64,000 nucleotides of DNA from contig NIVC01002590.1 of assembly GCA_002269645.1 (NCBI GenBank), forward strand, positions 95,416-159,415, in the 5' to 3' direction. Positions 49,624 through 63,054 of this stretch are shown one piece after another (within the stretch, counting starts at the first letter, position 1; each line of letters opens with the position of its first letter). Below the pieces are notes generated by a model. The model was not told the DNA's origin. It made no database searches and saw only the letters and a program-made list of their open reading frames with translations. The DNA comes from Macrostomum lignano. Its lineage: Eukaryota. Made by a program: the position numbers and the translations under genes.

Positions 49624-52572
49624 TTAGGCGAGCCTGTCGTCCAGACTCTGAATCTCGCCATTGGACAATTCGGCAACAAGTTGAGCAGGTTGAAAATCAA
49701 AGTGCTGATGCTTCACTACCTGCCAAATTTGGTTGGAAATCGAAAGTTCTGTTTATACTAATATAAGTAGTATTATTGCAATATTTTCCGTCCATACCTC
49801 GTTACCCCAGCTGGACCAGCCAGGTGTGAGATTTCTGGCAAACAGTTCGAGGCATCGATAATCGTCTGAGCCAAACAGTGCGTTGAGCAGCGCTGTGGGC
49901 AAGGGATTTTATGGCTCTATCAGATGATAGTGCAACTCATATTTTAATTTTCTATCGGTAGAAACTTGAACTTTCTCCAATTAGAGCAATGGCCATCGAC
50001 AATTATCACCTGTATGCATCACACTCACCCTTACACCGGACTAATTAGAGCAATAGCCACCCAATAATTATCAACTGTATATTACTCACCCTTACCTGGA
50101 CTAATTAGAGCAATAGCCACCCAATAATTATCACCTGTATATTACTCACCCTTACCTGGACTAATTAGAGCAATAGCCACCCAATAATTATCACCTGTAT
50201 ATTACTCACCCATTACACCGGACTAATTAGAGCAATAGCCACCCCATAATTATCACCCGTGTACATTACTCATCACTACACCTGACCAACTACCTAATAT
50301 CCTACTAATAATCGGAGCAATAATGCCGGACTTAAATAACTCACGCTTCAAACACGGCTTCCTTGAGTGCAGGCAAGACGGCACGGACATCAGAGTGAGC
50401 TCGGCGGGCACGCGTTTATAAACGTCGGATGACGCTGCAAGCTGGGCGGGCGCCAGCACGTAAAGCCGTTCGAAAGGCCGGCGAAATCTGCTGTGCAGTG
50501 GGGTCAGCGGTCGCCCCGTAGCGGTCACCTGCTCAAGAGTCAGCGGAATGGGCAGCTTCTGCGAATACGTTTATTACTGTTAACCATGTCGATCGAACCG
50601 GCTGACCCACCTTGACCCACAGCCAACGGCCGATGCAGCGCAGGCCCCAGGCAGCGGTCAGGTCTTCTAGCACGCAGCGCACATGCTTCAGCGAGTTGGT
50701 GCACCAGACCAGCACCAGAGGCCCCGGCCACCCCTTCGCTCCTCCCCCTGACTGTTCAGCTCGATGACGCAGCAACTCCGGCACGGGTATTCGCGACAGA
50801 AGCTCGAGCCCGATGGACTCAGCGGCAGAATAGACTCCGCGCCTGCGTGCCGACGCGTTTGGCCAGGGCGGGTCGGCCAGCACAACGTCGTAGGGCCCGT
50901 CCGATGAGCTCAGCTGGAGCAGCAGAGGCTTGGCGCTGCACAGCTGCGAGATGGCGAACGAGCTGCGAGCCGGCACAGCATAGCAACCGCCTAGCAAGCG
51001 AACTGCTCGCCGTTGGCTGACGCTGGGCTCAACAAGAGCAACCCGGCCGAAACGGCAAGCGTCGGCCAGAGCAGCGCCCGGGCCGCAGTCGGTGCCAGAG
51101 TTGAACAGCTCAAACAGGGCCGTCTGGCTCTCAATGCCGCAGATGGAGCGAAGCTGGCCAGCCTCAGTTAGCGTCAGGAAGCTGACCAGCCCGGACTGAG
51201 TAGCTAGGGACAGCCGGCCTTCAATTGATGCCACTGAGAATGCGGACTGGGCAAGCCGGATGATGGACGAGTTTGTCCTTTATAAGTACACTGAGTTATT
51301 TCATTTATAAGTACACTGACTTCTTTCGTTTAAGTACACTGAGTTCTTTCATTTATAAGTACACTGAGTTCTGAGGTCTACGCACTACGCTCGTAGTTTG
51401 AGGATCTTTGGGATTTACAACACAAATTTGAGGATTTTTGGGGATTAGAGCACTAGTTTGATCTTTGGGGATTACAGCATTAGTTTGAGGATCTTTGGGG
51501 ATTACAACACTAGTTTGAGGATTATAGGGGATTACAACACTATTTTGAGGATTATAGGGGATTCCAGCACTAGTTTGAGGATTATAGGGGATTCCAGCAC
51601 TAGTTTGAGGATTAAAGGGGATTCCAGCACTAGTTTGAGGATCTTTGGGAATTATAGCACTATTTTGAGGATTATAGGGGATTTCAGCACTAGTTTGAGG
51701 ATTATAGGGGATTCCAGCACTAGTTTGAGGATTATAGGGGATTCCAGCACTAGTTTGAGGATTAAAGGGGATTCCAGCACTATTTTGAGGATTATAGGGG
51801 ATTTCAGCACTAGTTTGAGGATTATAGGGGATTCCAGCACTAGTTTGAGGATCTTAGGGGATTATAGCACTATTTTGAGGATTATAGGGGATTTCAGCAC
51901 TAGTTTGAGGATCTTTGGGGATTACAGCACTAGTTTGAGGATCTTTGGGGATTCCAGCACTAGTTTGAGGATCTTTGGGATTCCAGCACTAGTTTGAGGA
52001 TCTTTGGGGATTACAGCACTAGTTTGAGGATCTTTGGGGATTCCAGCACTAGTTTGAGGATCTTTGGGATTCCAGCACTAGTTTGAGGATCTTTGGGGAT
52101 TACAGCACTAGCTTGAGGATCTCTGGGGATTACAGCACTACTTTGAGTATATTTAGGGATGACAGGGCTAATTTAAGGATCTTTGGAATGATAGCACTGC
52201 CTTGGGGATCTCGTTTTGGCAGCACTATACTTAAATAAATGAATTATAGAGCCTACATCATCAGACTCGCCACTGTCCGTGTGATCTTCTACAAAACCAG
52301 CCGCAGCGGCCTTGCGTTTCCTTGATTTGGCAGGTTTTTCACGTTCGGGCTCTACAAAACATTATTGTGTGCATTAAATATGCATACTATTCTACTGATT
52401 CATTCTATTCAGTAGCGAATGCGTATATCTTACCATCGTTATACAACGGGTCTAGAATAAGATATTCCAAGTCGGATATTGATTTTGCTTCCTTCAAGTT
52501 CCGAAGATGCCGGAGGGTCTGGCGCAGGAAAGTCGTCTCCAGCTGCAGCCTGGCATCGCTGGAAGCTTCTGC
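49624..52572 (-). CDS. METTL4: N6-adenine methyltransferase METTL4/DAMT-1 (MT-A70 family), 6 exons
   Basis: Phase-consistent exons 52572-52434, 52351-52257, 51246-50611, 50528-50345, 49892-49798, 49719-49624. Motifs YDVVLADPPW, LVWCTN..KH, WLWVKVT..G, RPFE, SVP..HSRKP, LELFARNL..GWSSWGNE. Confidence 0.9.
49975..50300. repeat. 60-bp tandem repeat in METTL4 intron 4
   Basis: CTAATTAGAGCAATAGCCACCCAATAATTATCACCTG.. about 5 copies. Confidence 0.9.
51400..52190. repeat. 30-bp AGCACTAGTTTGAGGATCTTTGGGGATTAC minisatellite in METTL4 intron 2
   Basis: About 25 variant copies. Confidence 0.95.
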
Positions 52573-52689
52573 CTGAAAGTTTGCGCGCCGGGACTTGTGA
52601 GCTCTCGAAAGATTAGGAATCCCATCATTGTAAATCAGGGGTGGCGGTGACCTAACTGTTGGACCTAGGAGGGTGGCAGTGACGCAGTC

Positions 52690-53225
52690 TGGGGGTGCTG
52701 AGGACCAGCCTGAGGATCCGAGAGGGTGCTGAGGACCAGCCTGAGGATCCGAGAGGGTGCTGAGGACCAGCCTGGGGATCCGAGAGGGTGCTGAGGACCA
52801 GCCTGAGGATCCGAGAGGGTGCTGAGGACCAGCTTGAGGATCCGAGAGGGTGCTGAGGACCAGTCTGGGGATCCGAGAGGGTGCTGAGGACCAGCCTGAG
52901 GATCCGAGAGGGTGCTGAGGACCAGCCTGAGGATCCGAGAGGGTGCTGAGGACCAGCCTGAGGATCCGAGAGGGTGCTGAGGACCAGCCTGGGGATCCGA
53001 GAGGGTGCTGAGGACCAGTCTGAGGATCCGAGAGGGGCTGAGGATCCGAGAGGGTGCTGATGACCAGTCTGGGGATCCGAGAGGGTGCTGAGGACCAGCC
53101 TGGGGATCCGAGAGGGTGCTGAGGACCAGTCTGGGGATCCGAGAGGGTGCTGAGGACCAGTCTGAGGATCTGAGAGGGGCTGAGGACCAGCCCGAGAATC
53201 CGAGAGGGTGCTGAGGACCAGCCTT
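52690..53225. repeat. 31-bp TGCTGAGGACCAGCCTGAGGATCCGAGAGGG minisatellite between CIR1 and METTL4
   Basis: About 17 copies. Confidence 0.95.
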
Positions 53226-53633
53226 AAGAATCATCATCACAGAATCACTTTTGAGTTTTGAACTTGAATAAGCAGCCCAAGTAAAAACTACAAGAAGTGC
53301 AACAAAATTGTTTGAAAACCAAGAATAAATTATATTGAATCTCATACAGATCCGTATTTGAGTATGCACTGTTCGCAAACAAGCGCGGACAACTAACATT
53401 AAACCACTGACAGGGTTTTGTCTTTATATTTGATTGATAAAAACTTTGAAAAACAACAGCAAGCATGTACACGGTTGCATAACACGGCCGATAAATAACT
53501 GAGAGTTCTAAGAAAGCTTATTTACTATGTACAAAATAAAATGAAGTTATAAGTTCTTTCAACACATTATTAAAACAAGATTAGGTAGTTGATGAACCCG
53601 ATGAAAACGGCACCAAGGCCAAGAAGCGTCACA

Positions 53634-56548
53634 TCAGCGCTCCTTACGATGCCTCTTGTCCTTCTCTTTTTTCTCTTTCTTTTCCTTCTTGTGCTTCTTG
53701 TGCTTCTTCTTGCCGCCGTCTCGGTCGCTTTTGCCCGAATCTAGCTTCTCGAGCTTCTTCATCAGCTTCTCGCGCTGGGCAGGCGTCAGCGAGCGAAAGA
53801 AGGCCTCAACCTCGGCTTCGCTGCTGGCCGATGCGCCGCCGCCGGCGACGACTTCGTTGTAGCCGGAGGCCTCGGCCCGGCGGGTGAAGCGCAGGTGCTG
53901 CTCGTCGCGCATGTGCCGGCCGGCGTCGCCAAGATGAGAGTCGGGCAGCTGCGGCTCCATGGTGATGGACTTGCCATACAGCGGGCACAGCCGGTCGGTG
54001 TTCACGTGGCCCCAGCTGTGGCATTTCACGCAGCGCACGTTGCGCACCTCGATGCCAAACGGCTGGTCGCGGACCTCGTCGCTGCCTTTGCAGTAGGCCT
54101 CTCTGGGCGCCTGGAATTTGCGCTGCCATTCGAAGCGAACCTCGCGAGCCTCGCTGGGGCCGGCCTCCTCCTGCGGGACCGGGGGGTGTGATTGGTTAGA
54201 TTAGCTAATTAATAGAGTTCCACTGTAGCTATGGATAATAGCGACAGAAACTAATGGATATGGTTAAGTCCCTGAGGTTGAGGACTCAATATTTGTAATC
54301 CCATATTCACATGATGTTAAGGTAATTGTTAAGATGAATGTTTTCACTTTCAATGTGATGAGGTCTTAAATGTGAATTTTAATGATAATTGCATCAATAC
54401 AATGTTCTATTGCGAAGCAGTGGAAAAGCAATAAATATTAATTCAGTAAATTATTCACTTAAGAACTGATTTAAATGCCATTTCAAGATATAACCAAGAT
54501 GCTTTTTGACACCAATATACTGCTTTGCCTGCATCAAAAAAGTGTAAACTTCAATCACTGCTATCCAGACCAGACACAGACTGTCTCAAAACTTTTAGCA
54601 AAACCCCTTAATTCATTTTAGCAAACTTTTAAACTTTCAAACTTAGAATGACTATGCCCATACAAATTATAGGAAGCAAACAAAAACTCATTATATCCCA
54701 GACTCTGGATGGTATTAGTACATAAGGGGCCTAGTATATCCTTTGGTATATAGCCTGGCATGCAGAGATTGCCAAGAAAGCAAGTGGGACCAAAGTTTCA
54801 AGTCAATGTAATCAATGTATATACTTAGTATACAAAATGACTAAGTTCAACTTTGGCATAGTCTTTATATGCATAGTCATAGTTATAGTAGCTAAATTTT
54901 GATCAAAAAGAATAGCTCCTATGGATCTTTAAAAGTTATTAACAAAAAACAAAATAAAAAATCATGTTTAATTCTATATTTTTAATTCTATATTCCAGAA
55001 GGTATATATTATGTCATGCCAGAATTTCTAGTATATATTTGGTTTGGCCAAAAAAATTGGCATGCCTTTTGGTTAAGCAAAAAATAAGGTATGCTATGCC
55101 ATGGAATAGCTTGATAGCATATAATATAATATAGTATGATCATAGTGGGGCAGTGTTTTTGAGTTTTGGAAAATACTTATAAATATATTTTATCTTGTTT
55201 ATTTTTACTAGAAATACCAAAGAGTACCGAAAAAATTTATAATTTAATTTAATGCTTATATTTCTAGTTATACATTTTTAAAGCTTTGTTTTTTCTTGTG
55301 CATTTTTAAAATGTAATTTTTGCATATATTTTTGCTTTTTTGTGGGGCTATTGTTAATTATTTCAATGGTATATGTGGCATAAAGTTGGTAAACATGGCA
55401 TGCAATAGGTGTACAAACAAAAAATGCTAGGTATATATTCTAGCAAGCAATTAACATGATCTGGAATATGGCAAAAATGGTTAAAAGATAGTTCTTCATG
55501 GTTCAGTATAAAAATAACCAATTTTTACTAATGATTTTTGGCAATCCTCTAGTTTTGTATGGTAAATTATTTTTATTGAAAATGATAACCTTTAAATAAC
55601 TTTCAGCTTGATAAGTGATAAGATAGATAATAGAGAACAAATTTAACATATTATCAAATGCCTACTTTTGTTTAAATATGTATAAATGATATTCTTTTCT
55701 AGCTTATCAATAGCTGCCTAACCATGCTATCATCAATTTTTGACTGCATTTTGTAAACCCAGTGGACCTAACTATTTACATTAATATTATTGAAGGCACA
55801 TAGATAGGCTCATGAAAAAACTAATTATATTATAGACTAGTTGAGTCCTACTTATAGAAATACCTTTGGCAGCACCAGTTCCTAAACAAGACCTTCAGGA
55901 ACTTTTTATATACTGGGTATTATATTATTATCAACTTTAGTTTAACATCCATTAATATTGTTTATATATGTTTAGGGCCTAAACAAAAGTCTTAAAACAA
56001 AAACATAAGTTTAAACAAAACAAAAGGCCTAGGCACTCAATAATATGATAAGTTTGTTCTCTATTATCTATTTTGTTATTTATTGAGCTTAAAGTTACAT
56101 AAAAGTTATTATTTTCAACAAAAAATTAAATGTGTCTAAATTATTAAGATGCCTCCATATAATATAAAAATTTAAAAAATACATTAGCAATGCTTTATAA
56201 TGAAATTTTATTATAGACTCTAGTAGTCGAACTAAATGTTTTGACAGATTACGAAAGAAAAAAATAGGTCTAGGTCTAATTATATATAACAATGTAAAAA
56301 ATGTTTACCTTATCAGCACCAGGGGGCCTATCATACATGAAAGCAATTCCAAGCTTTGCTTTTTCATCTCCTAAAATGGCTCGAGCTTCAAGCTGCTCTT
56401 GCTCTCGACGATAAAGAGCGACTTTTTCTTCTTCCTTTTTTTCCTCGAATTCCTTTTTCTGCTGTGCCATCCATAAACGTTTAATATTGTCGAAGCTTCC
56501 TGGGTGGAAGAACTTCTTGTTCATATAATTTTGATAACCTTTGCCCAT
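53634..56548 (-). CDS. CIR1: Corepressor interacting with RBPJ 1 (CIR1), 2 exons, ~258 aa
   Basis: Exons 56548-56309 and 54170-53634, phase 0. N-terminal MGKGYQNYMNKKFFHPGS..NIKRLW..FMY..PPG and DQPFGIEVRNVRCVKCHSWGHVNTDRLCP are diagnostic CIR1 motifs. Confidence 0.9.
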
Positions 56549-59500
56549 TTTAACGTGAGTTGGGCGCTAAACAGTTGAAGAAATGAATATATGTATATGG
56601 ACTTACACTTGTTGTAAGCAATTTCAACTAGGACCTCAGCTTAAATTTTATCTTTTATGTAAAAAAATGTACAGTTTGAGTCGTAACGGATGTTGCAATT
56701 CATCGTAAATTATTATTTAAACTTATTGGTTTATTAAAACGCCGAAAATACTATTTTTAAAATCTGTTTTTATTGTATTGTTACCACCTGGTTTTTCAAG
56801 AAACCCCCAAGTTACTTTTTTTGACAATTTTTTTAACTTTGTTTAACATAACTTACCGGAGATTTCTTAAAAGTGTTTGATTACATTGCTTAATAGCAGT
56901 GTTGGTGACTTGGCTTTGCAATTATTGTTGTTTTGTAAGTACTTTATTCAGTGTTTTTGGCAGAAGGTGTTTCTATCTTGATTCACTGCGTTCGCTTTTC
57001 TATTTTGCTGTTTTAATTCATTCTAGCCCCTTACTATTCTAATCCCAAGTTTTTCGCGCCGTCTCTTCGTGATGTAATCGCGCTCATCAATAGCAACATA
57101 TAAACCGCAATCGTTTGCCATTTCGTACCAAACTTTATCATTTTGAAATCTCAAGTTAATTCTTTACAAGTAAGTAAAAGTGATTTATAATAATTATTAA
57201 ACAAGACGATAGCTGGGATTCTAAGAACTCTGAAAATACTTTTGAAGGCGTACGCGATTACGTATGAGAGTATGATTCTCAGAGTATGTATAAAAATACT
57301 AGCTTTATTATTTATCTGTAGTTACTTACCTTAATTTTCATTTAAGTTTATTTTGATCATCACTTACTCATAAATGGCAGCAGGTTAAGTGATTTTTTTC
57401 GTTTCTTATAAGGGCCTGAAGTACGAGTAGTACGTGCTAATACACATGAATGCATATGTATCAAGGAACACTAGAAGTTACCGTTGATACAACCGTTGAT
57501 ATGTACATGTAAGCCCATGGGCTGCAAAGCCTCCTCGCTGTTTCCAGACGAACGGAGCCCCCTGCAGCTAATGTCAAGCCCATAATATCGCGCGCAATTC
57601 ATATTGACTGTTCGTGAATTGATTGATTGCAAAATGAGAAAAAATCATACATTAATATACGAGTAACATATTGCTCCAGAACAGCTGAAAAATATCAAAT
57701 ATATATATAAGCGATAGAAACGAAAACAGTACGTTTTTATCCGAATGCAGTCCTGATCTATAACCCAGGGAGGCAGCTCGCGTACTGTTGTACTCTTTAA
57801 TTACATGTACGTGCATTAAACGCTTGATCTATCGGGGACGCTGCGGCTTTCAAATGACAAAAAACAGCTAAAAGCCAAACGCTCGCGGTTGTGAGCAGCC
57901 AAGCAAGGCCGAGTTGATCCAGTTACCGCCTCAGCATTGCGGCAACAAGCGACTTTGCTCGACGTTGCAGAACTCGTTAAGTGCTTTGCTGCTTTTCGTC
58001 ACACTCTGCCAAAAAAGCTCTTTCTCCATGCAAGCTCACAAGAACTAACCCACTTAATATAAAGTCCATCCCTCCCTTTTATCTAGCAATTGACATCAAA
58101 AATCAGTTTAAGTCTATTCCCTCAGTGTGATTTTCCCTTGGAAGTCCCGATTAAAGCATTGACGACATTTCCCCGGTGTTAAATATATCTACCATTTATT
58201 AAGATATATAAGACAAAGATAGATTAAAAAGGCATGTAATTTAAACGACTCAGATCATAAGTTTTTTACCCGCTCGTACTGTCAATTGATGAGTCGGCGG
58301 TGACTGCATGAGCACTAAGCGGCCAAGGCAATACGTCGAACCGCAGCAATTAGAAAGCACGGCGACCCTCCGCTTTGAAATGCATCATTACCTCCTGTTA
58401 TCTAGCTTCATTGGATTTTTCTCCCAAATTAAGCCGGAGCGCTCCCCAACTGCCTTGTCCCACTTTCGCTGGAAAATTACCTTAGGTAATCCTTCCGATC
58501 CACTGAAAGAGGGTGCAGCGAGTAATACAATTTTGACCTCGCTCTCCTACACCCCCCAGCCCGATCCTAATCAACCGGAATTGTTTGGTGAGGTCCCGGC
58601 GAGACACGGGGCTGGTGTCGGCGTCCTGCGTGTCCAGCAGAGTCTAGTTCAACAAATCAAGCGAGAGTAAAACAGGATACTACATACGAGTTGGCACTCA
58701 CTTGGCTACGGGATCAATACGTGCTAAACCAGCTTCGTTGGCACGTTCGAAACGCCTCCGTGTTGGGGGGGGGGGGGGGCAAGAAGTGGCGCCGGGGCCG
58801 TACGCGCATACGGCAGTGTTTCGCTTCAGTCGGCGGTTCGATTCGTCAATTCATTTGTAAGGACGAGAGGCGCCGTAGTGGGTGATGTAACTCTTCGACT
58901 CTCCCCCCATCTCTCTCTCTAAACGCTTAATGAGGCTTACACAGACTCCAGTGGCAGCTGTGCGAAGCTGAAGGCCCTTTAATGCGGCTGACACTACGGA
59001 TTATGCAGCCCATCGAGTTGAGCCGGGCTCAGCTGAGCTGGCCGAGCTCACCGGCTGCCTGCTGGCGTCATCTGTCTGCACAGACCGGTCGGACGTCCCC
59101 CGCGCCACTCTGCATGGCCACTTCACTCAAGCGACCGACCAAAAAACTCAATTTTCTGGATGGGGAGCCGAGGGGAGAAAGGGACAGAGTCAGAAACAGA
59201 AGACCCCGAGACTGCTGAGACGCTAATTGCGACCGAGTGCCGACTCGAAGGGGAGGGGGGCTGCGGTCATCTGCCGGGCGCACATCGGGCTGATGAAGGC
59301 AGGCGCGCATTTTTTGTTTTTGGCTTCGATGCTTCGAGTCTCTCTGGTTATCGTGTCGATGCTTTGCTGCTGGCAGAGCATTTTCTGTTCAATTAATGGC
59401 TTGTAGGCATGAAATCCGGTCTAAAGAGAGCATGTCCTGCAGGTTTGGCTATCCGTCAGACTGCCTGTCCTGTCACCCTCACAACATGAAATCCGCAAAA

Positions 59501-61594
59501 TTATCACGCAAAAATTTCAATGCTCGATTAATTTCGAAGCACTTCTAGGGGGGTATTTTTATAGTGCAACCTACGCCTGTCAATCACTTGATTGAACTTT
59601 AAAGGGATGTGAACTTAAGAGTCAAAATGGAGCCTGAAGCATTGGGTCCCGATTTCTCTACACCAATCCCTTCATTTGGAGCCAAATAGGTCCCGTTTTG
59701 ACGAAAACCCGACCATTTTAGCAATTGGGGATCTTTATGGGGAGAAGTGAAATAAATGGGGATTTCACGTGAACATGATTTCATGATTTCACATCCCCTT
59801 TGGTCCAATGTCGAATGACGTTCTTGTCGACAGTGATAATTTTTAACAGTGCGATCTGGTTGGAACTCGACTGACTGAACTTGCGTGTCACTGGCTCAGC
59901 AAATATTTGATAGCAAAGTTCGTTGATAAACATTGCTTGGCAAAAATGTGTCGCCTTTTTTATTGCCTACATGCTCCGGTAATATCAAGCAGAATTGATT
60001 GCTTGGAATAATAATTTGCGCAAGTGTTGCGTAATTTCTAAACAAGCTTGTGTATGCATAGCTGGGGGTGGCTTTCCTTCATTGCAGCAGCGGTTCCCAG
60101 CTGACTTGAATCTGTCCGCGGGGCAGCATTAAGTGACAGGTTGGTGCCTGCCGAACTGATTGCCACCCATATTGCACAACTGCGCAAAACCTTCAGCAGG
60201 CCTGAATGAGACACGCTGGCTCTGACCTTTGCGTGCGAGCTTTAATATGATTATAGGCATTGCTATTTGTGCCTCTATCTCAGTATCAGTCTTGTTCCAC
60301 AAGCAGATAGGGGAATGTGTTTCGAGTGCAACAATGCGGATGCTTGGGTATGACCTCCGTGGCATTCCAGACTCTATGCGTGATTCGGCATCCAAAGTTA
60401 GACTGTCTGACTCACGGCTCTCTGCTGTCTGAGAGCGGGCCGATCTGAAATTAATTAGCCATCCTTTGTTTTCTCTGGCACACACTCCAGAATGCCAATG
60501 ATGATGAGGCTCTGAAGGAGCTTGTCCCCCCCCCACCTACCCTATCCAGGACCGGCTCGGAATGCATTAGGAGGAGACTTCCTGCAGCATTCGAACGGAG
60601 CCTCCCCGAGCTCCAATACCGCTAATGACTGCTGCCGGTCCCTCCGCGTCTGTTCTTGGGACTTCGGGCCTCTGTTAAATGCTGGACCTATCTGGCTGAA
60701 CAAGGGGAGACAGACGAAATCGGAGCGGCTTATCCTGTCCCTCGGAGGGGACCGGATCAGTGGGCATGACGCAATCAATGCGGATTGGCAAGTGGCCGAG
60801 AGGCTTGGTCTTCTCTCCGAAGCCCCGCACAGAATTCCCGGATCCCACGCACCCCGAGATCCCGCTTCAGTTTAGGGATGGCGGCAGCTGTTTGATCTTG
60901 ACTGATTTCTTGAAAAATGCTGCTCACATTTTGTTCTTCTCTCACAAATCTTTCACGTCAATCCCGCATGAATGGAGCAGGTGGCCTTGTGAGTCCCTGT
61001 GAGCTCTCTGTGAGCTCAAATCCCCGCTTGGAAGCCTTAAAACTGGCCATGCAGCGCTGCGGCAGGGGGATCAGTGGCGGCCTCTCCCGCACGGTTGGTT
61101 GCCAGGGCCGGCGTGTTGGTCGGGCCGTCGCCACGCATAGCACAGTGAATAATGCATGGCGCGGCGGGGTGGCTCAGCTTCATCATATCTTGATGAAGGG
61201 AGGAGGAGGCTGCAGTAGGGCGGAGCCGGCCCAGAGACTGCATGACTGAACAGAGCTGGTGGGCTGTTGTATATTGGGGGGGGGGGGGGGGTTGAGACGT
61301 GTCGGTGGGTGGCGAGGTGTGGACGGCTGCGTCAACATCAATAAATAAAAGGATGTTTTGTCAGGCCGGCGGAAGAGGGTGGAGCGCGGAGAAGTGCTCA
61401 CCCTGTTCTCCCAGTAAGCTCTCGATTTTCCTCTCGCATCCTCTTGACTCTTCATCAATTCGATTAATCCATCCCACTACGCGTTTGCACCTTTCTGCTT
61501 TTTCTGCGACAACAGATCTGCTTGGGTGCTTCTCTTCCTTTAATTATCCTCAGTTCACTGCTTTCTCTTATGAACCTCTCTCTTCACTGTCCCA

Positions 61595-61935
61595 ATGACC
61601 GCCACTTATCCACTGTCCTCTCCTATGACCGCCACTTATCTACTGTCCTCTCCAATGACCCCCACTTATCTACTGTCCTCTCCAATGACCCCCACTTATC
61701 TACTGTCCTCTCCAATGACCCCCACTTATCTACTGTCCTCTCCAATGACCCCCACTTATCTACTGTCCTCTCCAATGACCCCCACTTATCTACTGTCCTC
61801 TCCAATGACCCCCACTTATCTACTGTCCTCTCCAATGACCCCCACTTATCTACTGTCCTCTCCAATGACCCCCACTTATCTACTGTCCTCTCCAATGACC
61901 CCCACTTATCTACTGTCCTCTCCTATGATCCCACT
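61595..61935. repeat. 30-bp TCCAATGACCCCCACTTATCTACTGTCCTC minisatellite
   Basis: About 11 near-identical copies. Confidence 0.95.
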
Positions 61936-63054
61936 TATCTAATGTCCTCTCTTCTCAAAAGAAATACGCTTTTCCTATGACCCACCCTCCTATGAGGCTC
62001 ATAAAATCGCACTTTACTGACTCGAACTTGTTATCAAAACAACAATGTACTTTTTAACCTCAACTGACCGGAAGTTCGAGGCCGACCAATTAGCACGCAT
62101 ACCTCATTTCTCTCAGCGACTGCCCAGCTCTCGTCTCGGGTTTCTCTCGCCATCATACAGAGCATTGGGGGCGGGCTTTTGCTAACACACACTGTTGACC
62201 CCCCCCCCCCAACACTGCCCAAGGCTGGCATTGCAGAGTGGGAAAGTGGGGACCCCACTTAGTGCGAGGAAAGTGTTTTGAAAGACAGCAACAAGCAGCT
62301 TCTACCACATTTGCTGCGGGTTGTCCAGGTAGGCGGTAACTCCGTCCAGCTGCTCTTCAATGCAATTTGGTCGCTCAATATGCACTTTGTGTGGAATTCT
62401 CTCACCTAACTCTGCATTTGTGCTTGAGAGAGTAAACACAGCACTGCGCATGATCTGAGGACTGTGCAGCTATTCTTAAATTTGTTTTTTATATAGTATA
62501 TATCTGAGCAGATATGTACTTTGAGCCTAGGAGCAAGCAGTTTAGTCCTTAGTGAGAATCAATCTACTTCGAAGTATTGAAGACGATTTTCATTGTCTAT
62601 GGCCCAGAAGGGGAATATCTGTGAAGTGAATTGAAACAGTAAAAGACAAAATCGTAACGTACAGTACAAGTTCAAAACAATCGTATGTGTCTCGAAGCAA
62701 TGCTGAACAAATGGAACTCGAACCCCTGATCAATGTTCGAAGAATCTCTTCTCCATTGAAGCAGCGTGGGATGAAGCCCTGCTCAATTAAACTCTTGTCT
62801 CACATTTCCATGTTTGTCTAATGAAACCCGTCATATTCTATGGCCCAAGGCTTGTACAACTGCAGGGGCGTCGCCATGGGAGGGGGCACAGCGGGACATG
62901 TCCCCCCTAGTAAAAGCTATTGGGGGGACATGCCAATGTTTTTTCTCCCCACCCCACCTTGCGACCCGTTATGGAAATCAATAATTCTGCTTCAGGGCGC
63001 TAAAGTGACTGCCTGAAGCGCCAAAATGAGTGCCTAATATAATATAATAGTGCC

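Noticed and set aside
52665-53399. 244-aa minus ORF as a possible METTL4 N-terminus
   Set aside because: It is made of the 31-bp repeat and ends in a stop before the METTL4 acceptor. The homolog-like N-terminus starts at 52572.
53634-54170. CIR1 shorter than the vertebrate protein (no long SR-rich tail)
   Set aside because: The low-complexity tail length is variable among homologs and the conserved domains are intact, so this is not clearly unusual.
58308-61249. Short ORFs as a possible gene or LINE remnant
   Set aside because: No recognisable domain, RT or endonuclease motifs, and no phase-consistent exon chain.
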